Assembly: GCA_002245135.1 (NCBI GenBank)
Contig: NGBS01000005.1
Coordinates: 186,001-246,378 of the forward strand
Length of the DNA: 60,378 bases
Reading direction: 5' to 3'
Source: Proteromonas lacertae
Lineage: Eukaryota
The notes beneath the pieces were generated by a model. The model was not told the DNA's origin and did no database searches. It worked only from the letters and a program-made list of their open reading frames with translations. A program made the translations under genes and the position numbers. Positions within the stretch are counted from its first letter, which is position 1, and every line of letters begins with the position of its first letter. Below are positions 54,496-60,378 of this stretch, one piece after another.

Positions 54496-56660
54496 ATGAT
54501 TATAATAAACGATGAAATAAAAGAACGAGGGTATGATATATGTGTGTATAATGAGAAATAGATTATGTCGAAAACTGGTTGAAAATGGTAGTGGTGATAT
54601 AAAAGTGAAGTGTGGAGATAATATAATCATATCAGTGAAATCAATACTGAGAAGTAATAACAAAATTCTAAAGAAATTAATCGACGATGAACAGTTTAGT
54701 GGTTTGTTAGAGTTATACGAAGATTGTGAAGAAATAGGTTATTTCGAAATAGAGAAATACTACAGTGGTGGTGAAATGAACATATATAAAGAAAATGTTT
54801 GTGAAATCTTATTATTTTGTGTTTGTTATGAAGAAGAATATATCTGTGAGAAATGTTTCGAATTCATAAAGTATAACATCGATGATGATATGTTAATAAA
54901 GTTGATCGATATATCCAACCAATTTCCTAACAGTTTAAAAGAAGTAGAAGAATTGAAATTGATGGAATTTGAGAAACGAGGTTATAAATACTTATACAAC
55001 CGTATATATATATATATAAAGTGATATATATTAATGAATGAATAGGAGATTATTTGAATGTATTGGAGATGAATAATATGAGTAGTTTACTATCATTCCA
55101 AAATGTAATAATTCGAAATGAGAGTTGGTTATTAAATGAATTATTAGAGTGGTATAAATTGAAACTGAGTAATAAACATAAGAATGATGATGATTTTATA
55201 TGTGAATTTAAATATCTGATAAAAGATCATTTTGATAATAAATTGATAGATGTTAATGAGTTGAAAAGAGATAATAAAGAAATATTGAAAGAATTGAATA
55301 TAAAATTTAACAAAAACAAAAGTTTAAAATATATCGATTTATACAAGATAAAAGATGAAAGAATTCAAAATATAATAATCGATAACTATGAAGAAAATGA
55401 GATGATAGAATTTAGTGAAGAAAATAAAGAAATTTTAGATTCAATAGAAGATGAGAATGAGTTGAATAATGCAATCTGTTCATTACTAGAAACGAATGAT
55501 ATAAAAGTGATAGAGATAGTGTTAATGATAATAATATACAAAAATATAAAAATTGAAAGTATATATATATATATAATATTTTGTTTATACATAATACTAT
55601 AATATAATAGAATATATCTCGAATATTGATAAACGAAATATTCTAAGTAAACTATGTGTTGAATACAATGATAATGTATGTAATCGAATATTGAAATGTC
55701 TGAGTTTATTTGTAGAAGATCAAAAGAATCTAAACATAATCGAAGGTTTATGTGGCAAAGAACTTCTGTATAGGATACTAAATGAAGTATATTATACTAC
55801 CTCAGAATCTAAAGAAATATTAGTTGAATATGTAAAAGATACAATGCTAAAGGAAGGAGAATTATTAGAAGAACTAATGAAACAGATTATTACAACATTC
55901 TCATATCCGCATTCAAAATATTCTTTTAACAATATATGAAGAAGTGATAATAATACCAACATTTGATGGAGAAAAATGTGAATTTTCAATAAATCCTTCT
56001 TTACCAAATGGAATAATGATAGACAAAGAAAGTGGAGTGATTTATGGAAAAGTAAACACACCAATCAAAGAGAAATACTATGAAATAAGTTGTAAAAATT
56101 CTTCAAGTGAAAAGAAGTTTATTATCTCATTAGAATTCACAGAAATTATATTCACTAAATTGAACAAAAGTGATGGAATATTAGTGTCTGGTAATGGGAA
56201 AGTTATAACATGTAATACAGAGGATTATTACAAACATTGTTATTTGAATATGAAAATGGAAATAGGAATATATCGTATCAGGTATAAATTTCGTCAAAAT
56301 GATAGTAAATATAATGAAATAATGATAGGATTATCAACTAATAACACATTTTATGGAAACAATATATATAAACAACCAACAACATGTAGTTATGTTACAT
56401 GGAATGGCAGTAGTAGAGATATTACTTCAAAATGTCATATTGGACGAATAGTAACTTCCAATCCATGTTTTACTAATCATCGAAACTTTTCAGTGTATGA
56501 AATAGTTGTAAATATGAAAAAAAGAGAATTTTGGATTAGTCATAACAATTCATCTCCTGTTTTGCTAGTTAAAGATTTACCTTCTCCATTATATCCTTAT
56601 GTATCATTGTATTACAAAAATAACTCATTTGAATTGCTATTTACTTCTCATCAAGTGTAA
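54496..56660 (+). CDS. BTB/BACK, Ig and SPRY-like protein, copy 3 (divergent 3' half; +1 frameshift at ~55931)
   Basis: Identical to copies 1 and 2 up to 55759, then a homologous but divergent Ig-SPRY region. Confidence 0.7.
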
Positions 56661-56737
56661 TTTAGTTTAGTATTATCCTTTATTTATTTTTATTTATATT
56701 ATTTTAATAAACAAGAAGAAATATATAAAAACTATTT

Positions 56738-59700
56738 TTAACAATTAATATTCACATTTGTTGGTAATTTATTTTCATTTGGGTGAGTTTTTTTGTATGT
56801 ATTTATTATATACTCTGATTTATGAATCAAATCCATATACTGTTTAATTTCATTCTTTTGTTGATTATTCTGAACTTGTAATTCTTTAGCTTGATCCTGA
56901 AGGTTGTTATATTCCATTTTTATATTATTTATTATATTACTCAATTGTTGTATTTTATCTGCTTGTTTTGCTATTATTCCTTTCTGTGTATTTAAACTGT
57001 TTTCGTATTCTTTCATGTTTTTTTGTGTGTTAGTATTATCTATTTTGTGTTTATGAGAAAGTGTATTATATTTATTCTTCACATTTTCATATTCTTTTTG
57101 TTGTTGTTTCATCTTTTCTTCATATTGTTGAATAGTTTGCTGAAAGTTCAATATTTGATTATTATAATCTACTTCTTTCATCTGATATTCATGTAATTCA
57201 TTCTATATTATCATATATATATATATTAAATACTTCATTATTCTGTATGGCAGATTGCATTTCACATTGATTTCTTTTGATATTATTTATATCATTGTTG
57301 TGTTTAGATTGTAGTTGTTTGTATATTATTTTATCATTATTTATTGCTGATTGTAATTTACTGATTGTGATATTGTAATCATTTATTTGTGATTCATACT
57401 GTCGAATTAACTGTTGTTGTTCATTGATTTTATTCTATCATTATTATAAAAATTATCTATTAATATACTTCATTATTTTGGTTTGCAGATTGATATTCTA
57501 TTAATTGTTTCTATTTTAGATATACAACGATAAACATACATTTAGTTGAGCAATATCGTTGTGATATTTCTTATCAAGTTGTTTATATTGAGATGTTATT
57601 GATTTGCTGTTATTATCAAGTTCATTTATATTTGATTCATATGACATTAGTTGTGATTTCAAATTCTGCACTTGTTTCTGAAGTGTATTAATTGTTAATT
57701 CTGAATCTTTAATTTTATTCTGTAAATCAATTACACATCTCTATATATTATAAAAACATATTTTAAAAAAATATACATTTGATTGGTTCATGTCATTTGT
57801 ATATTGTGTTTCCAATTGTTTATATTGTTTATTAATTGATTTTAAATTACTATTAAGCTGATTTACTGTATTATTAGCACTAGATATTTGCTTATCAGCT
57901 TCAAGTTTATATTTTCTAAGTTCTGAAAGAGTATTTTCATAGTTTGATATGGTTTGTTTCATTTCAATTATATTTTTATTTAATAAAGTACTTTCGGTAT
58001 TATATTGAGTTTCTAATTCATTATATTGATTTTGAGTATTGGTAATTAATGAGTTTAAGTCATTAATTGTGTTTTCATTACTATTTATTTTCATTTCATA
58101 TTGTCTTATTGCTTTTTTTAAATCTGATATTTGTTTCTACATAATAATTATTACTATATTTAAAATATACTTGACTATTATCATTTATATCCTTGATATT
58201 CTTCTATTCATATTTAAGAATGATAAATATATACTTTTGCTGTATTAATATCAGAGTTATATTGATCTTTGATTTGATTATATTTTGAAGTTATTTCCTC
58301 AATTTTTTGTCTCAGTAAAATTGATTGATTTTCATATTCAGATATTTTATGTTCATATTCTTTAATAGTGTTATTGATTTCATTCATTTTATTCTATTAA
58401 TCATAATATAGAAACAATAATATACATTATATTCTGTCTTTATATCTTTTACTATCTTTTTATGTGTTTGTTGTATTGAATTATTCTCATTTTGTAGTGT
58501 TTTATGCTTCAATTCTGTACTTTCTATCTGTGAAGTTAAATTGTTTATAGTTTCATCCATTTCTTCTATCTTCGTGATATAATTGTGTATAGTATTTTCA
58601 TATTGTTGTATTTTGTCCATTAATTCTGATATTTTGATTTCATATTTCTTACCTATATCACTTTCATTCTTCTATTGATTATATATATATATATACCTTT
58701 CTCTGCAGTAATTCATTATTGTATTGTATTGTTAATTGATTTTGTTTTTGGTTTGAATCATTGATCTGCTTATTAAGATCTCTAATTTGCCTTTGATATT
58801 GTTCTATTTCTTTATTATATTGATTTATCTTATTATCATATGCTTTATTGTTGTAGTTAATTCCATTATTTGTTTCTATAATAATAATAATAATTTTAGA
58901 TTATATTGTATACTTTATAACTTTGTAAATCATTATTGTATTGTTGTTGTATATTCATTACTTTCATTTTATTCTCATTTATTATATTCTTCATTTCTTT
59001 CATATCTCTATCATATTTCTCTTTATTCTCATTCATTTCCTCTATTTTATTCTTATATTCCATCATTTGAACTTTCTGTATTTCAATATCATTCCTATAT
59101 TCCTTCTCTAGTGTTGAATATTTCACATTATTCTTATTATTAGCTTCATTTAAGTTAGAAATTATCTTCTCATATTCTTTCTCTTTTAGTTTGTATTGCC
59201 TGTATAATTTTATTCTCATTATTTATTTGTTTCTATTTATAGAAATAGTAAGGTAATATATATACATTACATTCATTCATATCAGCTTTATATTTATCTT
59301 GTAGTTCTGTATATTTATTCTTTGATTCTTCTATTGCTTCATTTAATTCATTCAAGTGATCTTCATATCCATTTACTTCTTTAGAAAAAGTTTCTATTTG
59401 ATTGGTTAAATCTGTGATTTGTTTCTATTAAAAAATATATTTATGTATATATATACTTGATTATCTGCTAGTTGTTGATAATATTGTGATTGCATTTGTT
59501 TCATTTGTTCTTTGTTCTCTTCAAACATTTTATTAATATCATTATTCTGCTTTTTCAACTCTTCTACTTCATTATTCTTCATTTCCATCTCATGTGTGAA
59601 TTGTGTTATTCTATTTTCATATTCACTCATTTCTATTTTACTTTCTTTACATTTTTTCTATATAATTAAATAAATAACAATAATATACATCACTTTCTCT

Positions 59701-60378
59701 TACTTTATTGTGTAATTCTGCAATCATAGACTATTTTATAATATATTACTATTGTTATACGTTATTTCTGGATAATATTTCATTATATTGTGTCTGAAGT
59801 TTATTATATTTATTGTTCTCTTGTTGTAAATCCATTTTTAGTTGATTTATTACATCATTTGATTCTTTTACTTCAAATTCTAACTTGCCATTCTTCACTT
59901 CTAATCTGTTTATTGTATCTTTTTGTTCTGTAGTAGAACTCTATGTATTTTATATAATATAATAATTATTATTATATATATACTAAAGCTTTATCTAGTT
60001 TTTTATGAATATCTTCATTCTCATTCTATATTAATAAACATATGCTTTTATACATCTTTGTCATCAATTATTCTTTTTAGTTTCTCAATTTCTTCTTTAT
60101 AATTCTTTAAATCATTATCATATTTTTCTTTATTATTCTGTGATTCGTGAGATATTCTACTGATTTCATTCTTTAACTTATTCATTTCAACATCATTTTG
60201 GTTTATCTGCTTCTGCAATTCAGTCTATTCAATAAATGGTAATAAGAATACATTCTTTACACAAACATCTTCATATTGGTTGTTTATATTATCCACTATT
60301 TGATGCGCACTCTTTAAGCTATTCTATACCACAATATATAATGAATATAGATATACATTTTCTGTGATTAACATATTA
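56738..60378 (-). CDS. Long coiled-coil protein (5' end outside the window), many exons
   Basis: E/K/Q/N-rich heptad-like ORFs separated by short GT-AG introns. Confidence 0.7.

Larger units (their letters stand above)
49634..55759. repeat. Tandem array, 2361-bp unit, ~2.6 apparently identical copies
   Basis: ORFs recur at 49811/52172/54533, 50332/52693/55054 and 50969/53330 with identical translations. Identity ends at 55759. Confidence 0.95.

Noticed and set aside
49634..55759. Tandem unit as a transposon, LTR element or CRISPR-like array
   Set aside because: No transposase, RT, terminal repeats or spacers; it is a host-gene duplication

Overview
Very AT-rich, gene-dense eukaryotic nuclear DNA with many tiny (~25-50 nt) GT-AG introns and very short intergenic spacers. 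The ORF track therefore fragments nearly every gene, and I rebuilt spliced models by hand. Intron size and gene content suggest a Blastocystis-like gut stramenopile (inference). Genes in order: a duplicated block (XRCC3, a variable single-pass surface protein and a multi-pass membrane protein) flanking condensin II CAP-G2; glucosamine-6-phosphate deaminase; a large PKD/TRP-type channel with RyR repeats; STK36/Fused kinase; an ~11.7 kb class C GPCR; WKF-domain protein; intronless putative glycosyltransferase; C2H2+HMG protein; UBC4/5 E2; DDX20-like helicase; OCA-type pseudophosphatase; IMPACT; two unknown genes; a VPS37A-like gene; a 2361-bp tandem array of BTB-Ig-SPRY genes; and a coiled-coil gene. 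The strongest candidates for new biology are four. (1) The channel's N-terminus is a catalytically dead nicotinamidase, a possible metabolite-sensing gate. (2) The class C GPCR carries nine tandem bacterial UrtA/AmiC-like solute-binding domains. (3) The duplicated membrane gene contains U12-type introns with rare AT-AA ends. (4) The surface-protein paralogues have swapped, divergent ectodomains between near-identical flanks. Several single-base frameshifts, mostly in paralogous or repeat-rich genes, are most likely assembly errors.
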